A stretch of 64,000 nt of DNA from Planctomycetota bacterium (GTDB lineage Bacteria > Planctomycetota > UBA1135 > UBA2386), in contig DASVAL010000028.1 of the NCBI GenBank assembly GCA_036376355.1, forward strand, positions 19,402 to 83,401. Direction: 5' to 3'. Of this stretch, positions 36,481-46,397 are shown one piece after another. Positions within the stretch are counted from its first letter, which is position 1, and each line of letters starts with the position of its first letter. The position numbers and the translations under genes are program-made. A model generated the notes under the pieces. That model was not told where the DNA came from. It ran no database searches and saw only the letters and a program-made list of their open reading frames with translations.

Positions 36481-39400
36481 GAACACGCCGGGGCCGACTC
36501 GCAACTCGACAGACCGGACCGCATCGGTCCATATCGCATCCTCGATACGCTGGGCGAGGGAGGCATGGGCATCGTCTACCTCGCAGAGCAAGAACACCCG
36601 GTGGTTCGCCGCGTAGCGCTGAAGCTCATCAAGCTCGGCATGGACACGAAGTCAGTCGTCGCGCGCTTCGCGCAGGAGCGTCAGGCCCTTGCGCTGATGG
36701 ACCACGAGGGAATCGCAAAAGTCTACGACTGCGGCGCGAACGAGCGTGGTCAACCCTACTTCGCAATGGAACTGGTAAAAGGCACTCCCCTCGACCAGTT
36801 CTGTGAGCAGCAGCGCCTTTCCCTCGGTGACCGACTCCGACTGCTGCAGCAGGTGTGCGCTGCCGTGCAACACGCACACCACAAGGGCGTCGTGCACCGC
36901 GACCTCAAGCCCAGCAACGTACTCGTCTGTGACGACGGCGGCAGGCAGCAGATCAAGATCATCGACTTCGGGCTCGCCAAGGCAATGGGCCCGAAGCTGG
37001 TCGAGGCGACGCTGTTCACGGAGGCCGGGCAAGTGATCGGCACACCCGAGTACATGGCGCCTGAACAAGCCGATCCTACCAATCACGACATCGACACCCG
37101 CGCCGATGTCTATTCGTTGGGAGTGATCCTCTATCAGTCCCTGGTCGGCGACCTTCCATTTCCAGCCCGCGAATTGCGGCGTGCGGGCCTGCTCGAGATG
37201 CAGCGTATTCTGCGCGAAATCGATCCGCCCAAGCCGAGCACGAAGATCACCTCGCTCGGCAACTGCGGTCTCGAGCTTGCGAGAGCCCGGCGAGTCAGCC
37301 TCGGGGCTCTGAAGAAGGCGCTGCGCAGCGATCTCGACTGGGTCGTGCTGAAGGCACTCGAAAAGGAGCGCAATCGCCGCTACGAGACTGCAAACGCGTT
37401 GTCTGCTGACTTGCAGCGCTTCCTCGACCACGAACCGCTGCTGGCAGGACCGCCCAGCGCCGGCTATCGCGTGCGGAAGCTGCTGCGACGTCATCGCGGT
37501 CAGGTGCTCGCGGCGGCTACGGTCCTGCTGACTGCCCTCGGTGGTACGGCCGTGGCCCTGCAATACGCGGAGAGAGCCACCGAGAACGCCGTCGCGGCGC
37601 GTCAGCGCGCAGACGACCTGGAGAGGGTGGTTGCCTTCCAGGCCGCGCAAATGACGAACATCGATCCGCAAGCCATCGGCGCGATACTGCGGACATCGGT
37701 CGTCGAGGCACGGCCTGAGGACCGCGAATCGGTCGAAGCGGCATTGACCGGAGTCAACTTCACCGACGTCGCCTTGGCTGGGCTGCGAGAGGGAGTCTTC
37801 GCGCCGACGCTCCACGCAATCGCCAAGAACTTCGATGAAAAGCCCCTGATCAAGGCCAGCCTGCTACAGGCGGTTGCCGACGCGCTGATGCACCTCGGCC
37901 TGCTCGACCTGGCAGGCAAGGCGCAGGACGAGGTCGTAGCGATACGCAGAGGCCTCCTCGGCAACGCCTCTCGCGAGACACTCCAGTCGATCTTCGCGGC
38001 GGGCGTGCTCATCGAGAAGAGTGGCGACCTCGCAAGGGCCGAGCCATTCTTCGAAGAGGCGTTGGCCGGGTGCAGGACGCTCTTTGGTGCGGATGACAAG
38101 GACACCTTGGCGGCCCTCAATGGGATGGGTTACCTCCGCATGGCGCAGGGCAGGCCGGCCGATGCCGAGGCCTGCTTCGCGGAGGCTATCGCGGGCAGGC
38201 GCCGCGCTTTGGGCCCCGAGGATGGCGACACGCTCGTCTCCATCAACAACATGGGATTCCTGCTCCACACGCTCGGCCGGCACAGAGAAGCGGAGCCGTA
38301 CTACCGCGAGGCACTGCGTATCCGGAATGACGACGCGACGAGGCTGAACACCATGAACAACCTCGGCTGTCTCCTCGGGCAAACGGGCCGCGAGGAGGAA
38401 GGCGAGAACATGTTGCGCGATGTACTCGACCAACGACGCGCCTTGCAGGGCACCAATCACTCTGACGCCCTGCGGGCAATCGCCAACCTGGGTCGCACGT
38501 TGTTGGAGCGCAACAAGGCAAGGGAGGCTGCATCGTTGCTCCAAGAGCACGTCAGTACACGGCGCCGTCTCTTCGGCAGTGACGATGGAGAGGCGTCAGC
38601 CCATCTCGACAACCTGGCCCTCGCATACCTTCGCCTCGAGGACTTCCACCTGGCCGAGTCGACGCTGCGCGAATGCCTGGCCCTGGCGCAGCGTTCTCGT
38701 GACGACGCACGCATGTGCGCCACCCTGTGCAACCTGGGGCATGCCGTCCTGATGATCGGCAAGATGGACGAGGCTGTGTCGTTGCTCGAGCAGGCGTTGG
38801 AGTTCGACAAGCGCCTCGGATACAGCGACAAAGGTGAGAACCATGCACTGTTCGTGAATCTCGGCGATGCAGCAGCGCGTCAGGGCAATGCCGAGAAGGC
38901 GATCGGATACTACCGGGAAGCACATCGGCGGTGCCTGGCGTCGCTGGGGCCTGATGATCCGGAAACCCTGCTGAGAACTCACAACTTCGCCTACTTCCTG
39001 AAGGAGCACGGCTCGCTGCAGGACGCAGAGGCCCTGTTTGCCGACGCTGTCACTTGCGGCCGTCGCGTCCTCGGGGAGGCTCACCCGGACTTCTTGACGA
39101 TCTTGGCCAGCTTTGCAGATCTGCGAACGAAGCAGGACAACCTAGCGGAGGCTGAAGTTCTTCTTCGTGAACTCGTGACGGGGAGACGTCGCCTCCTTGG
39201 CAACGACCATGTGGATACGGTTTCCACCATTGCTGAACTCGGAAACGTTCTGAGTTGGCGCGAGCAGTATCAAGAGGCTGAAGCGCTGTGCCGCGAAGTC
39301 GTTGCCGGCCGCACTCGTTCGCACGGGGAAGACGACGAAGCGACACTCACCGCACTGCACGACCTGGGTGCCTTGCTGTACCGCGCGGACAAGGTCGAGG

Positions 39401-40101
39401 AGGCTCATCGAGTCTTCACCGAGCTGCTGGCCCGAACGCGAAGAGCCTTCGGGAACGACTGCCTCGAGCTTCCGGATCGGTTGCTATGGACCGGCCTGCT
39501 CCTCATGACTCGCGAGCAACTGTCGGAGGCCGAGCCGCTGTTCCGCGAGGGTCTGGAACGCTCGCGAAAGCTGCCTGGCACTGACTCCCGGACAACCCAA
39601 ACGGCACTCACACATCTCTGCCGACTGCTGCATGCGCAGTCGAGGTTCGAAGAGGCCGTGCCGCTTGCAGAAGAGCTCCACAGCATTCTCACTGCCTCGT
39701 TGGGAAAGGAACACGAGGAGACGCTCGACGCAGGTCGTGCTCTGGGAGTGCTGCTCGTACGGGTCAGAAGGCCGAATGACGCACTGCAGCTCCTGGAGCA
39801 ACTCGAGCCATGCTGGCGAAGAAGTGCCCGCCCCGACTTGGCCATGTTCCTCGTGACACTGGGCAATGCCCATTCGGGGCTTGCTACTTCTTCCTCGCTG
39901 AAGCGCGCCGAAGCGTGCCTCGTCGAGGCACGCGGAATCCTGTTGAAGTCAGGTGAGACCTCCGCTGACGAGCGCCAGCGATGCGCGGACGCCTTCGTGA
40001 CGCTCTACGAGTGCTGGCATCGCGTGGAGCCCGGTGCCGCACGCGATCGCGACCTCACGCTGTGGCAGGAGCGGTTGCGCGCATCGAGATTGGACGAGTA
40101 G
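36472..40101 (+). CDS. Ser/Thr protein kinase with a long C-terminal TPR-repeat array (1209 aa)
   Basis: YRILDTLGEGGMGIVYLAEQ, VALKLIK, HRDLKPSNVLV, DFGLAKA, GTPEYMAPEQ are Hanks kinase subdomains. Then a TM, then >12 TPR units (LNNLGxLLxxxGRxEEAExxxRxAL-like). Confidence 0.85.
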   Translation: MNPEHAGADSQLDRPDRIGPYRILDTLGEGGMGIVYLAEQEHPVVRRVALKLIKLGMDTKSVVARFAQERQALALMDHEGIAKVYDCGANERGQPYFAMELVKGTPLDQFCEQQRLSLGDRLRLLQQVCAAVQHAHHKGVVHRDLKPSNVLVCDDGGRQQIKIIDFGLAKAMGPKLVEATLFTEAGQVIGTPEYMAPEQADPTNHDIDTRADVYSLGVILYQSLVGDLPFPARELRRAGLLEMQRILREIDPPKPSTKITSLGNCGLELARARRVSLGALKKALRSDLDWVVLKALEKERNRRYETANALSADLQRFLDHEPLLAGPPSAGYRVRKLLRRHRGQVLAAATVLLTALGGTAVALQYAERATENAVAARQRADDLERVVAFQAAQMTNIDPQAIGAILRTSVVEARPEDRESVEAALTGVNFTDVALAGLREGVFAPTLHAIAKNFDEKPLIKASLLQAVADALMHLGLLDLAGKAQDEVVAIRRGLLGNASRETLQSIFAAGVLIEKSGDLARAEPFFEEALAGCRTLFGADDKDTLAALNGMGYLRMAQGRPADAEACFAEAIAGRRRALGPEDGDTLVSINNMGFLLHTLGRHREAEPYYREALRIRNDDATRLNTMNNLGCLLGQTGREEEGENMLRDVLDQRRALQGTNHSDALRAIANLGRTLLERNKAREAASLLQEHVSTRRRLFGSDDGEASAHLDNLALAYLRLEDFHLAESTLRECLALAQRSRDDARMCATLCNLGHAVLMIGKMDEAVSLLEQALEFDKRLGYSDKGENHALFVNLGDAAARQGNAEKAIGYYREAHRRCLASLGPDDPETLLRTHNFAYFLKEHGSLQDAEALFADAVTCGRRVLGEAHPDFLTILASFADLRTKQDNLAEAEVLLRELVTGRRRLLGNDHVDTVSTIAELGNVLSWREQYQEAEALCREVVAGRTRSHGEDDEATLTALHDLGALLYRADKVEEAHRVFTELLARTRRAFGNDCLELPDRLLWTGLLLMTREQLSEAEPLFREGLERSRKLPGTDSRTTQTALTHLCRLLHAQSRFEEAVPLAEELHSILTASLGKEHEETLDAGRALGVLLVRVRRPNDALQLLEQLEPCWRRSARPDLAMFLVTLGNAHSGLATSSSLKRAEACLVEARGILLKSGETSADERQRCADAFVTLYECWHRVEPGAARDRDLTLWQERLRASRLDE

Positions 40102-40141
40102 CACTTCCTCGGGCCGTTGCTGGTGGCGGGCGTCATTGCCG

Positions 40142-41269
40142 CTACTCGAGACTCTCGAGGATGCGCAGGTACGAACCGTACCGCAGCTCGCTGATGCGAC
40201 CGGCCGCGACCGCGGCGCGCACGGCGCACTCGGGCTCCTCACGGTGCCGGCAGTCGGCGAACCGGCAGCGCCCCGCCGCCGCGAACTCGTTGAACCCCGC
40301 GCGCACGTCCTCGACGCGCAGTCGCTCCAAACCGAGCGAACGGATCCCCGGCGTGTCGATGATCCGCGTGCCGTCCGCGAGCCGCCGCAGGCTCGACCAC
40401 GACGTCGTATGGCGGCCCTTGCCGTCGCCGCGCACGTCGCCGACCGCGCGAGCGCCGTCCGGATCGAGCCCGTTCAACAGCGACGACTTGCCGACGCCCG
40501 AGTGGCCGACGAACACGCAGACCTTGCCGGCCAGATGCGCACGCAGCGGCTCGAGCCCCGCCCGTGTCGCGGCCGAGCACACGAACACGGGAACCTGCAT
40601 CGCGACGTAGGGCGCGACGACGCGCTCGACCGCGGCGGCATCGACTGCGAGGTCGGCCTTGTTCACGCAGATCGCGGGCAGGACACCGCTGCCGTCGAGC
40701 GCCAGGAGGAAGCGATCGATCAGACCCGGCCGCAGCGGCGGGTCGGCGACCGCGGCCGTGATGACGGCCACGTCGACGTTCGCGGCCAGCACGAGGTCGC
40801 GATGCACGTTGCCCGGATCGGGGCGGCGCAACGAGCTTCGCCGCGGCAACACGGCCTCGATGCGCGCGGGGCCCTCGGTCGCGGTGAAGGCGACCTCGTC
40901 GCCCACGGCGAGGTGGAACTCGGGGTCGAGGAACAGTCGGTGCGCGAGGCGCGCCGACTCGCCGTTGTCGAGGTCGACGCGGCCGTGATGCACCGCCGCG
41001 ACGATGGCGCGCGGCAGGCCGTCGACGCGCACCGCCGTGGACGCAGCCGGCGCGGACCGCTGCGCACGCCGCGACATCTTCTCGAACGCGACCTCGTCCG
41101 CGTCTTCGTCCAACTGCCGGCCGGGCCGGCGCCGTCCGTGCGGGCGCGCCGCACGCCTCGCCTTCGATTCCTGCTTGCGCCGCTGCTCTTCCTCACGATC
41201 GATCAGATGCCGCATCTGCCGCGCGGCCCGTTCGAGCATGCGCGCCTTGTCCTGCTCACTGCCTGCCAT
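40142..41269 (-). CDS. rsgA: Ribosome small-subunit-dependent GTPase A
   Basis: Circularly permuted GTPase: VCVNKADL (G4) precedes FVGHSGVGKSSLLN (G1) and DTPGI (G3). C-terminal zinc knuckle CRFADCRHREEPEC. Basic N-terminal extension. Confidence 0.8.
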   Translation of the reverse strand: MAGSEQDKARMLERAARQMRHLIDREEEQRRKQESKARRAARPHGRRRPGRQLDEDADEVAFEKMSRRAQRSAPAASTAVRVDGLPRAIVAAVHHGRVDLDNGESARLAHRLFLDPEFHLAVGDEVAFTATEGPARIEAVLPRRSSLRRPDPGNVHRDLVLAANVDVAVITAAVADPPLRPGLIDRFLLALDGSGVLPAICVNKADLAVDAAAVERVVAPYVAMQVPVFVCSAATRAGLEPLRAHLAGKVCVFVGHSGVGKSSLLNGLDPDGARAVGDVRGDGKGRHTTSWSSLRRLADGTRIIDTPGIRSLGLERLRVEDVRAGFNEFAAAGRCRFADCRHREEPECAVRAAVAAGRISELRYGSYLRILESLE

Positions 41270-41460
41270 GGGAACACTCCGTCTCGGGAACCTGGGGATC
41301 GACCAAGCCCGCACACGGTCCCTGCGCTCGATCGAGCGCGGACTGGCGGGCACACGGGATTGCCGGTCGCAACAGCGACCGGCAGGTTCTCAGGCGGCGG
41401 CGGAGTGGATCACCGCGCGGCAACGTAGCGCGCCGAGCGAGCCGGGCAAGGCCCGGGCAC

Positions 41461-43245
41461 TCACATACCGAGCGTGAGCTTCAGGCCGTTCGATACGATC
41501 GCCGGGAACGGCGCCGGCACCAGCACCGGCAGTACGAAGGCCTGCGCGAAGATCTCGAGGCCCATGAGCCCGGGGTTGTTCGGGATGCCGAGCGCGGCGT
41601 TGCCCGTCGGAGGCGCCGCCGGGAACGACAGGATCGAGGAGCCAGTCGGATCGATGTAGGCCATGCAACCGAACGGGAAGCCGATGATGCCGAGGTCGAC
41701 CCCGGTCGGCAGTTGGCCGAAGCTCAGCGCCATGAACCCGAAGATCGCCCCGGCCGGCACTTCCGTGACCGCCATCGTGAACACGCTGTTGAGCTGCGGC
41801 GAACTGCCGGTCGCGGCATCGAGGTCGAGCGGGACGGCGCCGGCGACGCCGACCGGGAGCCCGGGCACCGAGGCCGAGAGGTCGACGCTGCCAGGGTCCG
41901 CGGCATTGTTGCCCTCGGTGAAGCCGACGACCGTGATCTCGCTCGTGGTCGGATTCTGCGGATCGAGGCTCCCGTAGCTGAACTCGATGTCCCCGCTCGG
42001 GTACAGCTTGACCTGGAATGTGTTCCCCGGGGCCGGGGGAATCTGCAGCGGGAAGTTCGGCACGCCGACCCACGTCGCCATCGCGAAGCTCGGCGTCGTG
42101 TCCCAGTAGATCGCGCCGCCACCCGGCGCGTAGAGGTCGCGCCAGAACGGGGCGATGCGCGAGTCCTCCGTCAGGAAGTCGTCGATCACCGGGAAGTAGC
42201 TCGAGTACGGATTGCTGGCACCCCACAGGTAGCCATTCGAGGACAGATCGACCGTCGTGATCGTTGTTCCCGCGAACGGGAACGTGAAGCCGAGCGCGAG
42301 GCCCTGGTGGATCGAGTCGTCCATCACGCCCGGGATCGCGTTCAGGTAGCCGTTGTCGAAGCCGCCACCGGGCACGGCGACGTAGCCCGTGCCGATGTTG
42401 ATGAAGCGCACGCTGGAGTTCGCGAGGTCGACGTTGTTGACGAATGCCTCGTAGACCGTGCCGTTGCGCGGGCAGCCGGTGCCGTACTTCGCGGTCCTCG
42501 CCTGGCGGCACCCAGGTCGTTCGAAGATCAGGTAGCCGCCGGTACCGTTCGGGATGAACTCGAAGCTGCGGCCGCCGATGTCGTACGTGGACGGGCTGAG
42601 CGGGTCGAACATCTCGTAGGCCGTGGGGTTCGTGCCCGTGTTCACGGGACCACCCAACAGCGACATGAAGTTGATCGGGTTCGCAGTGGCGTTGTTGCCC
42701 TGCGTCACGCCGACGAGCGCAATGTGGCCCGTGTTCGGGTCGATGCCGTTGTTGACGTCGTGCCAGATCACGATCTCACCGGTGCTGAGCATCTGGATCT
42801 GGACCGTCTCGATCGGCACACCACCGTACTCGGGCACCTTGTACCAGGTGACGACTCCGCGACTCGGCGAGGTGCCGGTGCCAGGGATCGCATTGAAGAA
42901 CACGCCCTCGACCACGGGCGCCGCACCCGGAGGATAGAAGTCCATCCACATCGCGGCGATGCTCGCAGGATCGGCCAGGAACTGCTGTTCGTCGGCGCTG
43001 CAGCAGCGGTGGTCCGTGCTCGACGCCATCCAGACGAAGCCGTTCGAAGAGACCCAGACCTGGGTCGTGGGTCCGCCGGGCCCCGGGAACGTGAAGCCGA
43101 GTGACTGCGCTGGCGAGACCTGGTCGTCGAGCAGATTCAGGTTCGTGCCGAGGCTCGTTTCGAAGCAGGGTGCATTGGCCACCTGGGCGATGGCCGGCGC
43201 ATGGAGAAGGATCGCAGCCGCAATCGAGAAGCGGAGCAATTGCAT
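41461..43245 (-). CDS. Secreted protein with two NIDO-like (nidogen-like) domains, paralog A
   Basis: GGAGGT RBS and a signal peptide. NIDO-like blocks repeat twice: LGFTFP(G/F)xG...(V/L)SSNG(F/Y)(V/L)W, (R)IAPFWRDLYAPGGG, VTW..VP and NTFQVKLYPSGDIEFSYG. Confidence 0.65.
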   Translation of the reverse strand: MQLLRFSIAAAILLHAPAIAQVANAPCFETSLGTNLNLLDDQVSPAQSLGFTFPGPGGPTTQVWVSSNGFVWMASSTDHRCCSADEQQFLADPASIAAMWMDFYPPGAAPVVEGVFFNAIPGTGTSPSRGVVTWYKVPEYGGVPIETVQIQMLSTGEIVIWHDVNNGIDPNTGHIALVGVTQGNNATANPINFMSLLGGPVNTGTNPTAYEMFDPLSPSTYDIGGRSFEFIPNGTGGYLIFERPGCRQARTAKYGTGCPRNGTVYEAFVNNVDLANSSVRFINIGTGYVAVPGGGFDNGYLNAIPGVMDDSIHQGLALGFTFPFAGTTITTVDLSSNGYLWGASNPYSSYFPVIDDFLTEDSRIAPFWRDLYAPGGGAIYWDTTPSFAMATWVGVPNFPLQIPPAPGNTFQVKLYPSGDIEFSYGSLDPQNPTTSEITVVGFTEGNNAADPGSVDLSASVPGLPVGVAGAVPLDLDAATGSSPQLNSVFTMAVTEVPAGAIFGFMALSFGQLPTGVDLGIIGFPFGCMAYIDPTGSSILSFPAAPPTGNAALGIPNNPGLMGLEIFAQAFVLPVLVPAPFPAIVSNGLKLTLGM

Positions 43246-43410
43246 GGGATGTACCTCCGGACGAGGGTGGAGAGGTGCTGGACATTTCCTGCCCAGCAGT
43301 CGGCATTGTCGCGCCGGGTGGTGCTTGCACAATGTCTCGTCGCCCGATCGCGAGGCTCTTGCGCGCGAGAGCAACGAACGTCGCCCCCGCTTGCCCTAGC
43401 ATCCACGCAC

Positions 43411-45054
43411 ATGAACGCCGCGCGGGCCATCCGTGACTACCACGAGCGGACGCAGCACCACCGGCATCGCTTCGCCGCTGCCCTGGGTTACCTCGATTGG
43501 GCAACGCAGCCAGACCCGTATCGCCGTTACGAAGGAAGTGCACGCCAGCAGCTGCCGCTGGCGGCTCCAGACGGCACGCCGCGCTATCCGGCGCTGTTCG
43601 CGCCACCGGCGTCGACCGCGATCCGCGCGGCCGCCGTCGATGCAGCCTCGATCGGCCGGCTGTTCCAGGACAGCCTCGCGCTGTCGGCGTGGAAGCAGCA
43701 CGGCAACACACGCTGGGCGCTGCGCGTGAATCCGAGCAGCGGCAACCTGCACCCGACCGAAGCGTACTTGCTGACCGGTGCTTTGCCCGGCTTGTGTGCT
43801 GCGCCGATGCTGAGCCACTACGCGCCGGATGCTCACGCGCTCGAACGGCGCGCCGAGATCCCGCCGGCCCTGTGGCGATCGATCACCGCGGGCCTGCCCG
43901 AAGGCGCCGTGCTCGTCGGCTTGACCTCGATCGTGTGGCGCGAGTCCTGGAAGTACGGCGAACGTGCGTACCGCTACTGCATGCAGGACCTCGGCCACGC
44001 GATCGGCGCGCTCGGCTTTGCGGCCAGGGCACTCGGTTGGAGCACGGCGCTGCTGCACGTGCCCGACGCCGAACTGGCCGTGCTGCTCGGCATCGACGAC
44101 CAACGCGGCCCGGAGGCCGAGCATCCCGACGCGTTGCTCGTGGTGCACCGCGACGCCGATCCCGCGTCGCCGTGGGCGCGCGCGTTCGCCCTCGGCCAGG
44201 ACGACGTGAAGGCGCTCGGCGCGCTGCATCGCCACGGCAGGCCAGCCGTGCTGAGCCGCGATCACCACGACTGGCCGGTGATCGACGAGGCGATCGCCGC
44301 GACGCGCCTGCTGGTGAAGCCACCGGCACAGTTGTGGGATCACCTGCCCGCGCCGCATGGCCCCACGCCACCAGCACCCGATGCCGACAGCCGTGCCTTG
44401 TTCCACCAGCGGCGCAGCGCGGTCGCGATGGACGGGCGGACCGGCAGCGACGCGGAGAGCTTCTGTGCTTCGCTGCAACGCGCCGTCGATCCTGGTTCGC
44501 CGCCGTTGCAGCCGCTGCCGTGGCGCGGCCGCGTGCACCTGCTGCTCTTCGTGCACCGCATCGCGGGTCTCGAGCCGGGGCTCTACTGCCTCGTGCGCGG
44601 CGGCCAGGACCCGCAGTGGTTGCGCGCGCGCATGCGGCCCGAGTTCGTCTGGGAGCGACCGGACAGCGTCGCGGACGGGCTGCCGCTGTTCCTGCTGCTG
44701 CCGATCGACTGCCGCGAGGCAGCGCGCACGGTCAGCTGCGGCCAGGCGATCGCCGCCGATTCGGCGTTCGCGGTCGCGATGCTCGCCGAGTTCGCGCCGG
44801 CGCTCGATGCGATCGGGCCGTGGGGCTGGCGTTTGCTGCACTGGGAAGCCGGCGCGATCGGGCAGCTGCTCTACCTCGAGGCCGAGGCCAGCGGCCTGCG
44901 CGCGACCGGCATCGGCTGCTTCTTCGACTCGGCCGTGCACGACCTGCTCGGCATCGCGAGCGACGACCTGCGCACGATCTACCACTTCACGACCGGTGGC
45001 GCGGTCGAGGACGGACGCCTGCAGTCGCTGCCGCCGTACGGCGGGCGCCGCTGA
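43411..45054 (+). CDS. SagB/ThcOx-type dehydrogenase (tandem nitroreductase-like domains), stand-alone
   Basis: N-terminal AIRDYHERTQHHRHRF (YHExTKH-like SagB signature), PYRRY...P, two nitroreductase-fold halves. The second half carries ALFHQRRSAVAMDGR and GCFFDSAVHDLLG. Confidence 0.65.
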   Translation: MNAARAIRDYHERTQHHRHRFAAALGYLDWATQPDPYRRYEGSARQQLPLAAPDGTPRYPALFAPPASTAIRAAAVDAASIGRLFQDSLALSAWKQHGNTRWALRVNPSSGNLHPTEAYLLTGALPGLCAAPMLSHYAPDAHALERRAEIPPALWRSITAGLPEGAVLVGLTSIVWRESWKYGERAYRYCMQDLGHAIGALGFAARALGWSTALLHVPDAELAVLLGIDDQRGPEAEHPDALLVVHRDADPASPWARAFALGQDDVKALGALHRHGRPAVLSRDHHDWPVIDEAIAATRLLVKPPAQLWDHLPAPHGPTPPAPDADSRALFHQRRSAVAMDGRTGSDAESFCASLQRAVDPGSPPLQPLPWRGRVHLLLFVHRIAGLEPGLYCLVRGGQDPQWLRARMRPEFVWERPDSVADGLPLFLLLPIDCREAARTVSCGQAIAADSAFAVAMLAEFAPALDAIGPWGWRLLHWEAGAIGQLLYLEAEASGLRATGIGCFFDSAVHDLLGIASDDLRTIYHFTTGGAVEDGRLQSLPPYGGRR

Positions 45055-45072
45055 GCACGTCGCTGCGCGGCC

Positions 45073-46116
45073 CTACCCGACGCCCCACACGGGCCGCAGC
45101 AGCCACGCCTCGATGCGCGTCTCGACCTCGGTCCAGTGCCGCTTGTATTCCATCGCGGGTCCCATGTCGTAGCGCACGACTCCTTCCTCGGCCAACCATC
45201 GCACCTTCTCGACCTGCAGCAGGTTCCCGATCCCGAGGCCGCTCCAGTCCTCCGCATAGCTGAACTGCTGGCCGCGATACACGCCGCCGGCGAGCCCGCC
45301 GAAGATGAAGCCCACGTCCTGCTCGCCGCACCGCGCGAACATCACGCGCCCGTCCCGCGACACCGCGAGCCGCCGCAGCATGCGCGCGTAGAACTCCTTC
45401 GACGGCATCTCGGCCATGCCGCACCTGCCGAGGCCCTTCCAGCTCTTCTGCTCGACGGCGACCATGCGCGCATAGACCGCGTCCGCCTCGCCAGCGCTCG
45501 CGGGTGCACAGCGTTCGTAGTGGACCCCACTCTGCGAAGCCTTGCGCGCGGCGCTCTTGAGGTTGCGCCGCAGCCGCCCGCTGCGCCGCGAGAGGAAGCC
45601 ATCGAGCCCACCCTCGAGCGAGGCGCTGCACAACCTCGCGCCTTCGGCGACGCCGACTTCGAACCGCGTACGACACACCTGCACGAGGCTTCGCGCCAGC
45701 TGGCCGCCTGGCAGCACGCCGCTGACCAGCACGCACGGCAGCTTGCGTTCCGCGGCCAGCTCCTTGCGCAAGAACAGGTCGAGCAGGTGCACGGCGTTCG
45801 GACCGAGCAGCGGGCAGCCGAACAACCAGCCCGCCTCGACCGGTTCGAGCACGGGCCCGAGCCTCGGATCGAGTTCCTCCGAGAACGCGATCACGCTGCC
45901 GGCCCCTTCGCAGAGGTGCAGCGGCCGGCTCGGACAGAAGACTTCGTGGAACGACAGCTGCCACTGCGTGCCGCAGCAGAACGGATCAGCCTGCACGGTC
46001 CGCGCCGCGGCGCGGTTCCACGCCGAACCCGGTTCGTCGAGCTCGGCGGCGCTGCAGCGGCGCATCACGGCGCGCGGTCCCAGCTGCTGTCCAAAGATCT
46101 TCACGGCCCGGGCCAT
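45073..46116 (-). CDS. GNAT-fold acyltransferase, CelD/BioF2-like (second copy)
   Basis: C-terminal FIFGGLAGGVYRGQQFSYAEDWSGLGIGNLLQVEKVRWLAEEGVVRYDMGPAMEYKRHWTE parallels ...LDLGRGDDEYKRHFATH of the 10561 gene. Confidence 0.6.
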   Translation of the reverse strand: MARAVKIFGQQLGPRAVMRRCSAAELDEPGSAWNRAAARTVQADPFCCGTQWQLSFHEVFCPSRPLHLCEGAGSVIAFSEELDPRLGPVLEPVEAGWLFGCPLLGPNAVHLLDLFLRKELAAERKLPCVLVSGVLPGGQLARSLVQVCRTRFEVGVAEGARLCSASLEGGLDGFLSRRSGRLRRNLKSAARKASQSGVHYERCAPASAGEADAVYARMVAVEQKSWKGLGRCGMAEMPSKEFYARMLRRLAVSRDGRVMFARCGEQDVGFIFGGLAGGVYRGQQFSYAEDWSGLGIGNLLQVEKVRWLAEEGVVRYDMGPAMEYKRHWTEVETRIEAWLLRPVWGVG

Positions 46117-46354
46117 CTTGGCGACTCAGCTCGCAGTGCGCCAGTTCCCCCGGCGCACCAGCGCGCCAGCGCACCGGCGTCTCGCGGGCACGCGGCCGCG
46201 CCGGCCCCGAGCCACCGGGGGTTGACGCTCGACGCCGATGCTGGCTGCGATCCGCCTCGAGCGCGTTCGGGAAACGGCACGCGGCCTGCTCCGCCGTTCC
46301 ACTTCCGGCAATCCCTTCGGCCGCAGACCAAGGGTGCCACTGCGCGCTACGATC

Positions 46355-46370
46355 TGGCAAGCGAGTTGCA
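46355..46370 (+). promoter_or_regulatory. Candidate sigma54 (-24/-12) promoter upstream of the PAS histidine kinase
   Basis: TGGCAA-GCGAG-TTGCAT has exact GG-N10-GC spacing and a near-consensus TGGCAC-N5-TTGCA. It lies ~27 nt upstream of the TTG start at 46398. Confidence 0.45.
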
Positions 46371-46397
46371 TGGTGGCTCGCGATCCCCAGAAGCACC

